The notes beneath the pieces are model-generated. The model ran no database searches. It saw nothing but the letters and a program-made list of their open reading frames with translations, and was not told the DNA's origin. Of a stretch of DNA of 64,000 nt, positions 12,590 through 25,388 are shown piece by piece. The position numbers were made by a program, and so were the translations under genes. Origin of the DNA: Callorhinchus milii (taxonomy: Eukaryota); contig NW_024704743.1 in NCBI RefSeq assembly GCF_018977255.1, positions 48,796,001-48,860,000 of the forward strand, in the 5' to 3' direction. Each line of letters opens with the position of its first letter. Positions within the stretch are counted from its first letter, which is position 1.

Positions 12590-13700
12590 ACATCAACTTG
12601 CATTCATATGGTGCCCTTCATGTGGGTAGCAACAACAACAACAATTTGCACTATATAGCGCCCTCTATGCAGGGTAGCGTCTCAGAGCTCCTAACAGTGG
12701 AGGAGCCTGACTCCAAACCGGGAAATGGGGGAAGTGGCCGTAAGCATGGTCGAAGAAGAAGGTTTTCAGGCGGGAATTGAAAAAGGAGAGAAAGCAGGCA
12801 AGGCAGAGGGATTGAGGGAAAATGTTTCAGAGTTTCGGGGAGTAGTGGCTGGAAGCGTGACTTCCGATGGTGGGGCGGAGGGTTCAAGGGACAAGCAGGA
12901 GGCCGGTGCCAGTCGAGCGGATGCACCAGGTGGTGGATTGGGGAGTGAGGAGGTCGGAGAGGTAGGGAGGTGCCAGAGAGTGAAGGGATTTGAACATGAA
13001 TGTGAGGATCTTGAAGTCGATCCGTTCAGTGATGTGGAGCCAGTGGAGCCTGGCCAGAACTGGTGAGATGTGGGTACTGAGTTGGGTCCGGGTCAATATG
13101 TGGGTGGCAGCGTTCTGAATGAGCTGGATCTTTTGAATAGTGGAGCTGGGGAGACCAGCGAGGAGTGCGTTGACGTAATCCAGGCCGGAGATAACCAATG
13201 CATGCATAAGGTTTTCGGCTGCATTTAGGATAAGGTACGGTCGGAGGTAGGCATTGTGGTGGAGGTGGAAGAAGGCAGTCCTGGTCAGGGACTGGATGTT
13301 GGGAAGGAAGGACAGCTGGAGGTCAAACTGGATGCCTAAATTGGAGGGCTAGAGGGAGAGGAGGTCCGAGGAAGAGAAGGCATTTGTGAGGAACTCGGGG
13401 AAAGCTTTTTCCGGGGGTGGAAAAAAATGGTGGAGGGCTTAGAAGAGTGGAAGGGAATGTGGGAGGAGAGGGAGATGAGGAAGTGGTCCGAGATGGCCTT
13501 GTCCATGATAGACAGGTCGAAAATGTCAAGGCTGTGTGTGATGATGAGGTCAAGGGAGTGGCCATGGTTGTGGGTTAACTAGTTGATGTGGAGCGTGAGG
13601 TTTAGGGAGGAGAGCAGAATGTTTGGATTGCATAACAGCCGTGTGGTTTCATGCCAATCTAGAAAGTGAGAAAAGGTGACCGAAGACATAGTCAAAGAGG
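12590..13700 (-). mobile_element. L2 LINE fragment (RT C-terminus to tail) with a second stacked tail
   Basis: ORF HALVISGLDYVNALLAGLPSSTIQKIQLIQNAATHILTRT..HISPVLARLHWL..ERIDFKIL; tails at 12590-12625 and 12630-12690. Confidence 0.9.
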
Positions 13701-14284
13701 AAAGTCTTTAGTTATGATTTAAAGAGGCTTAAAGAGGGGACAACACAGAGGGATTGAGGCAAGGAATTCCAGAGATTTGAGGAAGTTGAAACCCATTTTA
13801 TTGGTCTGGGAACTATTTGTTGGGAATGCTCCCTTTATTAAAGAGACATTCATGGATGTGCAGCTTGAAATTATTATATTTTGAGGAAGTAGGGGTGCGG
13901 CAGGCAGACTGTGTGTGTGTTTCCTCATGTCTGGTCTCGCTCACAGTGCAAGTCCTTCTGGAAGGCAGATGATAATTTGCGTGGTCAGAATGCTTTGGTG
14001 GAGGTTGTTTAGCTTTATTGTTTCACAAAGAAAGCCTGGGGAGGTACAGGTGCGAACGATTATATCTGAATCAGCAGTGTTACTTTGGGGTGGTCACACC
14101 AAGAAATGTCCAAACATTGAGACAGATGTAAGCAGCATAAATAAATCAATAAATAATCCCTTGAGGCAGAGGTAAAGTGGTTCAGCTTTTTGTAGCGGAG
14201 GCAGGAGGCAGCAGAGGAGAAATTAAATAAAGAGTATTTTGCTGCGTAATTGTTGAATTTCTCTTTTAAAGGCAGCATCTTCAA

Positions 14285-14912
14285 ATTATATAATACAGCA
14301 TGGAAACAGACCATTTAGCCCAATTAATCTGTGCCAGTGTTTGCACTCCACACAAGCTCTCTTATTCCCCTCTCCTATACCCCTCTATTTCCTTCTCTCT
14401 TGTGTTTGAATCCTACTATACTATAAAGTGCACAGTCACTACACTTTACAGTATATCCTATGAAGCACTTTGAGATATCCTCCCAACATGAGATGTTGTA
14501 TCAAATGTAAGGATTATTATTATTACTTTTATTATTATTTATGCTTTTTGCTTGAACCATAGCTTCCATATTCCCGTCAGGGTGAAACCTTGGGCAAGTT
14601 TCCTTACTCCACACGACTGATAATAATCCCTCAAGAAAAAAATAAAAAAAATAATAATTTGGTCATTCAATCCACGACTGTTTGTGGGACACTGCTGTGT
14701 GCAATTGGCTGCTGTGTTTCGCCCACAAATATACAGTCAATTCACTTTACAGTATAGTCTGTGAAGCGCTTTGAGATGTCAAGAAGACGTGAAAAGCGCT
14801 ATATCAAATGTAAGGATTATTATTATCTTCTCACCACTCTCTGTAGAAAGAGGTTCCTCCTAGACTTCCTTTTAGATCTGTTAATTGCTGCCTTATATTT
14901 AAGGCCCCTCAG
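14285..14912 (-). mobile_element. CR1 3' end interrupted by plus-strand SINE insertions
   Basis: CR1 tail (acagcatggaaacagaccatttagccc) continues as ttccatatt | ctcaccactctctgtagaaagaggttcctcc on either side of the SINE. Confidence 0.6.
14575..14826 (+). mobile_element. tRNA-Deu SINE (young family), 5'-truncated
   Basis: ttgggcaagtttccttactccacacg..tgtttgtgggacactgctgtgtgcaattggctgc..gtgaaaagcgctatatcaaatgtaagga(tta)n. Confidence 0.9.
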
Positions 14913-15124
14913 TTTATTGCCCATATTTTTTCCTGATGAATTGATTTTAGTCTCTGGTTTATTTACAAACATGCAGCCAAGACACCACCAGGAGAAACTC
15001 CTTTCTTTTATTGAATAGTGCGATGAGATCTTTAACGTCCACCTATCAGACAGATGAGATTTCAGTTCATACAATTTTATCTGTTTCAGGACAGAACCTA
15101 CAACATAGCAGTGCTCTTTCCTAA

Positions 15125-15500
15125 GCACTGGAACTCTTTCCCTCTATCCCTCCATCTCACCCCGTCTCTATCTGTCTTTAAATTCTGCCTAAAACCTACC
15201 TCTTTGACCACGTACGGTAAGAGTAAGCACGAACCCCATCTACGTCACGCCAACTCACAAGCAATGTGCAGTGTCCTGAGGTTTCCGTTATGTAATGTAA
15301 TAGTCTTGCACTTCACCCTCATTCCCCGCTTCCCTGCCTTTCTCAGCATCCTTGAGAAACCGTGTGAAATGTTATCATATGTGAAGGGCACTACAGAAAT
15401 GCAAGTTCTTGTTGCTTTGTTTTTTGTTTCAGCGCTTTGGGGGCGTCCTCCCGATGTGAAAGGCACTCTATAAATGTAATTTTGTTGTTGTTGTTGTTGC
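15125..15500 (+). mobile_element. Stacked L2 3' fragments and tails
   Basis: WNSFP..FKFCLKP remnant, then two tails ending gttgct and (ttg)n. Confidence 0.7.
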
Positions 15501-16294
15501 ACTGCCAGCCTAGTCTAGGTGAGAAGACACCTTGTACTACAATGATATCAGCTGGCGTGTTTCTGCTGACTCTTTGATGACAGTAATTTACCTGTTCATC
15601 TCAGTGCTCAAGGCATTGAGCAGTCATTCACAGCTTTATATACAAAGTCAGCTAGCTTGGTATGCTTGACATCTGTGCGAGATGATCACGCTGATAAGGT
15701 TTGAGTTTTAATCAGCAAACAAAACCCAAAACCAGCTGGCAGACCTTTCCCCTACCTCCCCCACACCCCCGCCATCTCCCACTTTCCTCAGTCTTTCATT
15801 GTGAAAGCGTTCCAAATCAGCATTAGAAAAAAGACACAAAAAAGAAACAAAAATCTGCAAAGTTCAGTGCGCAAAACCTCCAGCAACAAAAGAGCTGTCA
15901 CAGAATTGTGTCCTTTTCAGTTTGTCTCCAGCCTCCTCACTTCTCTCATGTTACTTTCTTAGCTGAGTTTAGCCCATAGCTTGAGGTGCAAGGCTTCTGT
16001 TGACGGACAGACCCCGGGGTGCTCGACAAGCAGAGCAGGAGGTGCAAACACCTGAGAGAAAGCGATGATGAAAGGAAAGGCTCAGGGCAATTCTGCAGGA
16101 AGGTAGAATCAGATTCAGGATTGTGTCTTTGACAGGTCTGAAATATGGAGTTGCTGAAAATAAACATTGGAATCTCTTTTGGCATTGAGTCAGGGGAAAA
16201 ACAAAAGACACAGCTTCTCTGAAATGTGCCGCCGGTATCTGTCCACCAGACAAGGACCTTGGCTTGTAAACTGTGTCTCCAGCAAGGGACCCCA

Positions 16295-16490
16295 GGGTAC
16301 AAATTCCACCTGGGTTAGATTTATTCGACTGATGTAGCGTTTCTGAGTGTCCAGAATTTTTCAAATGCTTAAATGTGCTCCTTAATTTTGAAACTGGTGC
16401 TTTCTCTAAGTTTCTTTTCAGAGCTACAGAAAACGGGCTTCAGAGCTGAAGCTGAATTCAACCATTTGCCAAATTCTGGACACTCTGAAT
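16295..16490. mobile_element. Palindromic MITE-like family copy
   Basis: Begins aaattccacctggg. Internal inverted pair tctgagtgtccagaatttttcaaatg / catttgccaaattctggacactctga. Homologous to the 49176 and 52704 copies. Confidence 0.7.
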
Positions 16491-16739
16491 CAAGTAACAA
16501 AGTGGCATTACAGAACCCCACCAATGCGCGTCTGGCCCACTTGTAGAGCCTCACTCAGCTCCGACCTGGGATCACCTCACCGTCAAGCCTCGCCAGTGGA
16601 TGTGACACCCATGGGCTTCTTTGCACCACAAGACGCTTTTTTCCAGTGGTGAGGTCCCACATACAAGCACACTTCCTGAGGAGTGCTTCTTAAACAATAC
16701 AAAACAGTTTACATCTATATAGAGGTTCGGCTGACCAAA

Positions 16740-16985
16740 ACAAGATCCAGCCCTACGCATCAGGAGGACATCTCAAAGATTGTTACGATACTGGATCGGT
16801 ACCTGAGATGGAAGTGGGAGCTGGGGGTGGGGGACGGTGGGGAGGGGTAAGATGACCAAAAGTGAGGTCAAAGAGGTATGTTTTGAGAGGTGCTTTGAAC
16901 GAGAGGAGGGAAAGAGTGAGTCAGAGGAACTCTGAAATTGAGTTCTGGGGGCAGAATGGTTGAAACCCCGTTCCCAATATCCACA
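16740..16985 (-). mobile_element. L2 3' fragment, old
   Basis: caggaggacatctcaaag tail remnant, purine-rich UTR and ggtcaaagaggtatgttttgag (reverse of LKTYLFD). Confidence 0.6.
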
Positions 16986-17044
16986 ACTCACAGCATGATA
17001 CGCACAAGTTGATAGATTCGATTGAAGAGACAAGAATGGGCTCT

Positions 17045-17452
17045 GCCAACCTTGTGGGTAAAGGCACCGGGTGATGGAACACAAGGCCATACACAGCAGG
17101 AGGTTCTAGGTTTGATTCCTAGTGTTAGCTAATCCCAGCTGGAGCCACAGTGAAAGAGCTACCAGTGGCCTCAGTGTTCCTCCTCGGCTAGAGAGAGGGA
17201 AAAATAAGCCAGGGTCCATGATTGCTGTCTAGAAGTCCCTGATAGAAAGTGCCTGTGTGTGAATGTCGGGGACAAGATCAGGCTTGGCTGTGGCTTCTCC
17301 TCATAGTGACCTAGTCGGCTGACTCTCACTGTCCAGGTCTTCATACTTGAAGATCGACCAACCACTTGCTGGCATTCAAGTAGATGTCCCGTCCAGCAAA
17401 AGGATGTATATTCAGGAGAGGAAGAGGGAAAAAGAGAAGGAAATTGGTAAAG
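17045..17452 (+). mobile_element. LF-SINE-like element, near full length
   Basis: Colinear with the remembered LF-SINE consensus: gttagctaatcccagc; tggcctcagtg; ggctag..gggaaaaataagccagggt; gaaagtgcctgtgtgtgaatgtcgggga; aagatcaggcttggctgtg; ctcactgtccagg; ttcaggagagga..aaattgg. Confidence 0.8.
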
Positions 17453-18116
17453 ATATTCACTGGGATTTAAATTGGGAGATTCGCAAAAGGACTTGTAGAT
17501 CCTTCAATGTGTTTCTCGGGAACTCTGCTCAGGTGTCAATGATGTTAGCATTGTGACCTTAGATTGTGAGGACTCAGACCTCAGCAGGAGATCAGTGTCT
17601 GAGCAGAGGTCCAGAAAAACATAGACGTAGAGGGACACGATTCAATATTTTATTAATCCTTTGGTGAATCCTGTAATGGAGAATGCAGTATTGACATAAC
17701 CCAGATAAATCAAGTAACTAAATCTCTTTCATTCACTGTCTTCATTCATTGCTGTAAAGATCTTGAAAAATGTCATACCATATATTTGTATTCCTCCCTT
17801 TCAAAAACTCTTCCGGCCAAATAACACTCCCTGTCTAGGCTCAGTCACAAAGATAATTCCAAGTGCAAAATATATCTTACAGAGCCTTTCAAGATTATTT
17901 ATAAATGTACGATTATTCTGCTTTGCTTGCTCTGGGTTGCTGTGTAGTGACTCATTGAACATTTGAGAAGAGGGTTTTATTTAGATTTTTTATGGGAAAT
18001 TTAGATTCAAATTGACAACTGTTTTCCCATTAATATGTCATCACCTACAAACATACAATCATTGCACATTTCAGAAAACCCTGTGAAGTGCTTTGAGAAA
18101 TTTCAACATTCTAAGG

Positions 18117-18775
18117 CAACAACAACAATAAAATTACATTTGTAAAGCGCCTTTCACTTTGGGAGGACGTCCCACGGCACTGAGCAGTCAGAGATCAGGA
18201 CTTGAGCGTAGGGGGCAGGGTTGGGATGAAGGAGGGCAGAATGGGTGGGAGGGCGGCTGAATAACAAATACAAGCAAACTTATTATCAGAGAGCGGTGCA
18301 TTATGGCCAGAAATTAATGGCAGTTTTCAATAGGAATAGCAGGCTCAGAAAATCAGCAACAACAATTTATATTTATACACTGTCACATCTTTCAAGTCAA
18401 GAGGACATGTAAAAGCGATTCACGCAACTGACTGGGAACATGTGCTGGGAGGGACCTGAAGGGGGGGATGTGGAGGGTGGGGGGTGCGTCGTAGACATGA
18501 TGAAGGCATGAATGAGGGTCTTGGCAGCCTAGGGAAGAGATAGCGGAGGATGCAGGCAATGTTGTTGAGGTAAGCGACAGCTAAGGGAAATCCTCCAGGT
18601 AAAATTAATCATTCACTGCTAATTGACTAATTGTTTGTGGGACATTGCTGTGTGCAAATTGGCTGCTGCATTCGCCTACAAATACAATCACTACATGTCA
18701 CAGAAATTTCTGTGAAGAGCTTTGAAACATTTTGATATAATAAGGTGTTATATCAAATGCCAGAATTATTTTATT
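18117..18775. mobile_element. Cluster of two minus-strand L2 tails/fragments and one plus-strand Deu-SINE 3' half
   Basis: Tails at ~18117 and ~18355; Deu block tgtttgtgggacattgctgtgtgcaaattggctgc at ~18632. Confidence 0.7.
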
Positions 18776-21700
18776 TTAGCCATGGTGAGAAGCTTGTCTA
18801 AAATGTTCCAGGTTCTAGCAGGAATAATAAAGTGTCTGAGTGGACACTCCTTTCGTTAACTCAGTATCAACCCATGAGAACTTCGCTCTGTAGATTGAAT
18901 CCCTCCCCAACCCTTTCAACTCCTAGTGCCCAGCTTAGGTGCTCATCCAGCAGAGTCCATCCTCCCAATGTGAAAGGTGCTATATAATGGTATATTATTA
19001 TTATTATAATATTGAATCAGAGTAGAGTTCTCACGAGTCTGTGCAACACATTTCCAGATTCCTTATTTACAATATTTCAACCCTCTAACACTATGAATCA
19101 ATGAATCCTTGACAAAATAATCAGTACTGACAACTGTAATGAAATATTAAAAAAATCTCAGAACACTCAACAATTTTGAAGTTTACTATTTAATTATTTT
19201 TCAAGAGCTAGAACTATAACGAGTGTGGGATGACTTTGACTTTGATATATGGTGCCACAGAATGTTTTTCATTGTAAATAGAGGGTTTCCATTGGTGATA
19301 TTGTCGTTATTTCATGACTGAACAAATGACAACTTCGTTTTTGCAAGTGATTGAACACCTAGAGCTTTCCACCCAGAGGCGAGACTTTTTATTTAATGCA
19401 CCTCATTATCCACCACTTTAGGTCAATGACATATGGTGAATCCGTCTTTATAAAGTGAAATGTTTGCTCAAAATCTGCAAGTAGCAAAGCAAAGAAACTG
19501 CAAGATAATGGGAGCCAGGAAACAAAAACACATGCTTAAATGGACCTCCTCACCATCATGACACATACACCGCACAAATCAGGCATCAGCAGAGATGGGA
19601 ACACCCTGTGGAATAAGAAGCAGCTCCAGAGAAATAAAGAAGGGAATAATTCCGCTGATACTAGGGCCCCTTTGCTCTTACTTCAAAGAACCCACTGATT
19701 GCAGCTGGGGGAGGGAATGATTTCATGTCCTCAGGGAGTACTATTCGGCAGGAAGGGTCCCTTAGATCAATGTTCTGAGCCCAGCATGCAGCTGCTGATA
19801 GTGGAATTGTGAGCTTGTTTCTGTAGCCCTTTTCTACTGGGGGCACCAGCAAAACTCAGGTGCATTAAACAATTAAGTTAACATTGGCAGTGGCCATGCA
19901 AGTGCACTGGTGTGAGGTGAGGAGGAAACAGGTGTTCTCAGTCTGTGCAGTGTTTCTGTTGGACTGGCTTTGGTGAAGCAGATTTGCCAGCACATATCAG
20001 GTAGCCAAGTCATGCATTGGTTCCTGGGTTCCTTGGCTGCTGTTGGCTGTTAATTGGAGCTTGCCCAGTGTTAACTCCAGCACTGAGATATCCAGTTGGT
20101 AGTCTCGCTGGGAGCAGAAGCACCAAACTGGTGTGATTTGGACGCTGGAATTTTGTGACAAATTCACAGCTTACTTTTGAACCTAATTTCATAATGTAGC
20201 AAAGGTGTTATTTACTACTTGAATCATTCACCCAATGGGCAGCCAAATTAGTGCCAGAATAAACGAAACAAGGAAACTGTAGTTCATTTCACTGCCTTTA
20301 TTATTGAATGGTTTGGGCATGTACATCATCACCCCCCTACTGACTTTGGCACAATGATTTGGTCTGATGCTGGCAAAAGAAATACAGTCAGTCATGTCAC
20401 TTTACAGTATATCAAGAGAAATGCTTTCAGAGGTCTCAACAATGTGTTAAGGCATTATATCAAACACAAAGATTATTATTATTATTACTTGTGGCAGCCA
20501 CTGATCTTTCCACCCACGTGGAATGTGGTGTTTCAGTGACATTTCATGGGATACGGCCCAGCTTTAACTGATTTAAGCTCAGATCCCGTGGAGAAGCAAT
20601 CAGCGAATTAGAAAATTCAGCGCTATGCTGCGTGAAAAAAATCTGAGAAAGAAGGCAGGCCTCAATACCAACGTTGTTGAAGATGTGGTATTTGCTACTA
20701 AGATTCACAAAGAGTGATTCCTGCTGGAAACTGGAAATGCTTTATGTCAACCCTCTGGAACCCTTCTGTGGAACTCAACTCCTGCGGGTCAGCATTACAC
20801 ACGTCCTGTTAACAGCAGCAGTCCCTATTTGGGTATCCAGGCCACAAACATTTATCTCTAAATCTAATTGCATTCGTGGCATTGTTATTTTGCCTGATGA
20901 ATATTGCTGCAATAAGAAGCTGAGTGAAAAGTATTAGTTACGTTAAGTTCCTGGTAGCTTTATATTCCCAATGAGTGAATAAGCAGTTTGCAGAAGCCAC
21001 ATGTTGGTGCTGCAACCGAAGCATGCTGGATGTATTGAAGCTAATGCACGCTGGGCAGATTGGACATTCGCTGCTGAGAGTCAAAGGTGCTCATTCAGGG
21101 AAGTTACTGAAGATGACTTTTTTTTGTGGAAAAAGAAAACTGCAGCTTCTTTGAATTTCAGACAACAAAGATAAAAGTGTGTATGCGTGTGCTTTGGGGC
21201 TGGGGGGATGGGGGGGGGATGAGCACTTAAAGCAAACAGGTGGTTAAACAATTCTGTTAGTTCACGGTCTTAAAGGTTCAAGATCTGGAAACCTACAACA
21301 ATCTTCTTATGGCCGGTTGTTTTTCTTGTAAAGAAAGCAATTGTTTTATTCCTGCATTTATTTTCTGTAGAACTGCAACAAAATTAAACTGTGTGGTAAC
21401 TCTGCTATATCAAAGAAAGTAATTCTGGACCTTGAATAGATTTGCTGACGTTGGGCACAGCAGTACAGTAATGTTCAGGATGTGTCTGTTAAAGTCTATT
21501 ATTGCCTTTGTTTAATTGGGCAGATTTTAAAGTGAAATAGTTTCTCCATGTAAAGTTTTTTTTAATGAAAATAGTATAGTTAACAAGGCTTTCTCAAATC
21601 TTTGTGTCATACAGAATATAATGTACACAGTATTTGCTCATACCAAATGATCATGCTCTGTTTGCTAACAATAACAATCTTTTTGTTATATTTTATAATG

Positions 21701-23562
21701 TAAAAATCCTACTACTGAGAAAGTGACAAAAATATTGTTGTTTTAGTGATTGGCATACAGTTGGCCCCTATTGAGGCTGTATATGGAAGGATGATGAATG
21801 ATGTCTTTAAGTTTTTGCATACACGGTCTCACTGGGTGATGTGAATTGAACAGATAATGTGAAAAGCCTGGCTGAGATCCAGCCCCACAAGTAAACAGTA
21901 GGATACAGTGGTTCATTGAGAACAGAAGGAAGGTTACATATTTGACAATAAAAGTTAATGTTCGGGATTTTAAACCTCTGAGCATTGTAACTTTGTGAGG
22001 CATTCAATACTTGTCATAATCGAAAACATTAGCTGTTAGCGTTTGGGTTGGAGATTTATCTCTGTGCTCTGTGCTGAGATGACGTAAGTCTCAGGGAGTG
22101 GTGGCTAATATCAAAGCAAACCATGAGTAATACTGGGAAATATGCAGTCTACAAGTAGTTTTTGTGCTATGAACTAGTTTATTTTGGCATAAAACACCTA
22201 TCACCAAGTATTTATTTGATTTACACTACATATTATGCTATGGGAAAGATCATTATAAGCGAATATTTATGAAAGACTATTACATTAATGTCCAGGTTGT
22301 GTAGCAAGCTCCAGAGATGAATAACTGGGAGGTGAGAAGTACATTAAAGGGACAACACATTATTGCCTTTATTTAATTAGGGCTGATTTTGAAGTGAAAT
22401 GCATTTGAGCTCTGTGACAAAGCCTGGCACTTTTAGGCTTTTTGTCCAGCAAACCTTTTCCGTTAAGTTACTGCAGTTGCTTGTGAGAGAAGATGAAACT
22501 TCAAAAACATAACCAAAAAGATAATAAGGGGAAAAATGTTCTTTATGATTATTATTACTAGTAATAATTGTCACATCACATATAGTATTCTGCATCCCCA
22601 TAAGAGTCTGGAGATTATTATGATAGAGATTGATAAAGGCATGATTTGCTATTTTTTCCTACATTACATTTGCAGCAGAAAGCGTTATTTATTCTTGCAA
22701 AAATTATACAAACATGTATGCATGCCTGTATACATACACATGTTCACATGCTCAAATACATGGAATCCTTGTGCATACAATCTTTCGTGGGAATCTACAC
22801 AGATACACGCAGATGGCCGTTTACACAGACGTGTACATGTACACACGTAGAAAGACACAATGCATGCACTTATGCAGGCAGAAAGCACAAATTCACAATT
22901 AAAAATTAAGCACAAAAGCAAGAGGGATGATCATCTGTGGCTTCCTAGAAGGTGGGTGAGAGTCAATATTCAGATATTGTTATTTCGAGTTGCTGAACCA
23001 GGGTCACAGAATTTCCTTCTGGGTGAAAAAATCGTGACTATAAGAAGTCCACTGTTGCATAGATCACAGAGGTGCGATATAATTAATGCAGTATATATAC
23101 TAAAAACGTGAGCCATTTGATCATCACCACTAATGCAATCAGGTTGCAGCCTTAAGGGATGTGCATTACAATATAATGTCAGCACTCATTCGGCTAATTT
23201 GAGTTTAAAATGCAATGAACTAGACTTCTGATTAAAATGCTCTTTTTCATTGCTGCTTTCTTAAATGTCAGTACAATTTATGTCATGCAGTACTTGCTCT
23301 TGCTACCATCAATATACCAGCATACCTTTTGCCTTTTTGATAACGTTTGTATAAAAGGAGCTGAGCAAGGGCAGCCCATCATGTTAGCATGCTCAGGTGC
23401 TGTGTCGTATTGTGGGATGATGTGACTTTCACCGAAACACTTGGGTCGTCCTCCCGACGGGAAAGGCGCTATACGCATGTAATTTTATTGTTGTTCTTGT
23501 TGATACACACCTAGTGAGTTCCAAACCTCATCCAGCCCTATCATGGTGAGGTGCTAGATGAA

Positions 23563-23850
23563 AATAATAATATTAATAATCCTTGCATTTGATATAGCGT
23601 CTTATCACGTCATTGCAATGTTTCAAAGCGCTTCACAGAATATACTGTAAACTGAATCGACCACATATTTTGTGAGTGATATGCGGCAGCCAATTGCACA
23701 CAGCAATGTTCCACAAAGATTAAATCATATATAACTATATAACTACCCAGATAAAAAAAAATTAACTTCACAGTATATCCTATAAAGTGCTTTGAGATAT
23801 CCTCCCATCGTGAAAAGCACTCTAGCAAATGTTAGAATTATTATTTATGT
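23563..23850. mobile_element. Two Deu-SINE 3' fragments in opposite orientations
   Basis: Minus copy 23563-23720 (aatccttgcatttgatatagcg..gcagccaattgcacacagcaatg); plus tail 23765-23848. Confidence 0.8.
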
Positions 23851-24309
23851 TCTACACTATGCACTTTAGTCATACTGGTTTAGGAGCAGCCCAGAGATAG
23901 AGGCCTTAAAACACAGACTTTTGTGGCACAGGCATTGTTGAAGGCAGAGGAAAATGCAGCTCAACACCAGCTAACTCATTTTTATTTGAAACTGGAGACA
24001 AAATATGATGCTTTAACAATAACAATAACCTGCACTTACATAGCATCACTCAAATAGGATGTTTTGAAGTGCTTTACAGAGGTGGAGTGCAAACCTGAGC
24101 ATGGTGGGCGAGGGATTGGGGTAGATTAGGAGAGAGATCACCGAAGGCAAAACTGATTGGTTTACGAAGGGGCAACATTTTCGCTCCTCCTTCTTCCCCC
24201 ACCTCGACTTCAACTTTACTTTATTAATTGCATCTCATTCTGAAAATTAAACAACTACCATGTTTGTAGATTTGTCAGTGGACCTTTATTCTTCTATGCT
24301 TTTCCTCCA

Positions 24310-25388
24310 GCCCCCGCACTGTCTCATGTGGTGTCCCTCAGGGCGCTGTCCTCGGTCCCCTCCTCTTCACCCTCTATATGCTCTCCCTTGGTGACATCAT
24401 CCGCAGACACGAGGTTAATTTCCAACTCTACCTTTCCTCCTCTACCCTCAACTCCACGACCACCGATGTCCTGACAGCCTGCCTGTCTGACATTGAGTCC
24501 TGGACGAGAGACAACTTTCTTCAGCTCAACGTGCGAAAAACCGAGGCCCTCCTGATTGGCTCACGTCAGTGCCTCCGCACCTCAGGCGCTAACAGCACCA
24601 GCATCCAAGGCTGCACTCTCCACCTCTCAAAGCCAGTCAGGAACCTCGGTGTTCTGTTCGACCCTGAGCTGTCCTTTCTCCCTCATATCCGCACCACAAC
24701 TGGCACCGCCTTCCATCACCTCTGGAATATCGCCAGACTACGGCACTACCTCACCCCTCACGCTGCTGAAACTCTGGTCCACGCCTTTATCACCTCAAGG
24801 CTGGACTGTGGGAACTCTCTCCTCACTGGCCTTCCCGGCACCTCCCTCCACAATTCAGAACTCTGCAGCTCGTGTACTGTCCCGCACCAGGCTTCGCGAC
24901 CACATCACTCCCACCCTCGCTCGCCTCCACTGGCTCCCAATCCCCCAGAGGATCGATTTCAAGATCCTCATTGTCACCTACAAGGCCATTCACGGCCTTG
25001 CTCCCTCCTACCTCTCCGACCTACTATCCCCCTACCTACCTGCCCGTACCCTCCGTTCCTCTGGCTCCGGTCTGCTCCACATCCCCCGCCCCAACCGCCC
25101 TACTATCGGTGGCCGGGCCTTCAGCCTCTCAGCCCCCAGGCTCTGGAACTCTATCCCCCAGTGCCTTCGCCCCCTCCTCCCTTTCCTCCTTCAAGGCCGG
25201 TCTCAAGACCTTTCTCTTTGACCGTGCCTTCAGCTCCCCTCTCAACTCTCTACCCCCTCCTCACTCCCTCCCTCCCTTCCTTCCCTTCACCCTGACCATT
25301 TCCCCCCTGCTCGGGTCCTGACCCAACTGTATAGCGCCTTAGGACGTCCTCCCGACGTGAAAGACGCTCTATAAATGGGTTGTTGTTC
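24310..25388 (+). mobile_element. L2 LINE, 5'-truncated (RT GVPQG motif to tail), few frameshifts
   Basis: ggtgtccctcagggcgctgtcctcggtcccctcctcttc ([13 protein letters not shown]), then [42 protein letters not shown]. High identity to the 7596 copy, with a small deletion removing the YADD segment. Confidence 0.95.

Noticed and set aside
17523..17609. Possible C/D-box snoRNA (ctctgctcag..ATGATGT..CTGAgcagag)
   Set aside because: Box C is imperfect and ~10 nt from the terminal stem, and there is no clear D' box or recognisable guide.
22700..22900. Cluster of His/Cys/Thr-rich ORFs
   Set aside because: Degenerate (CA/TA/TG) microsatellite-like DNA.
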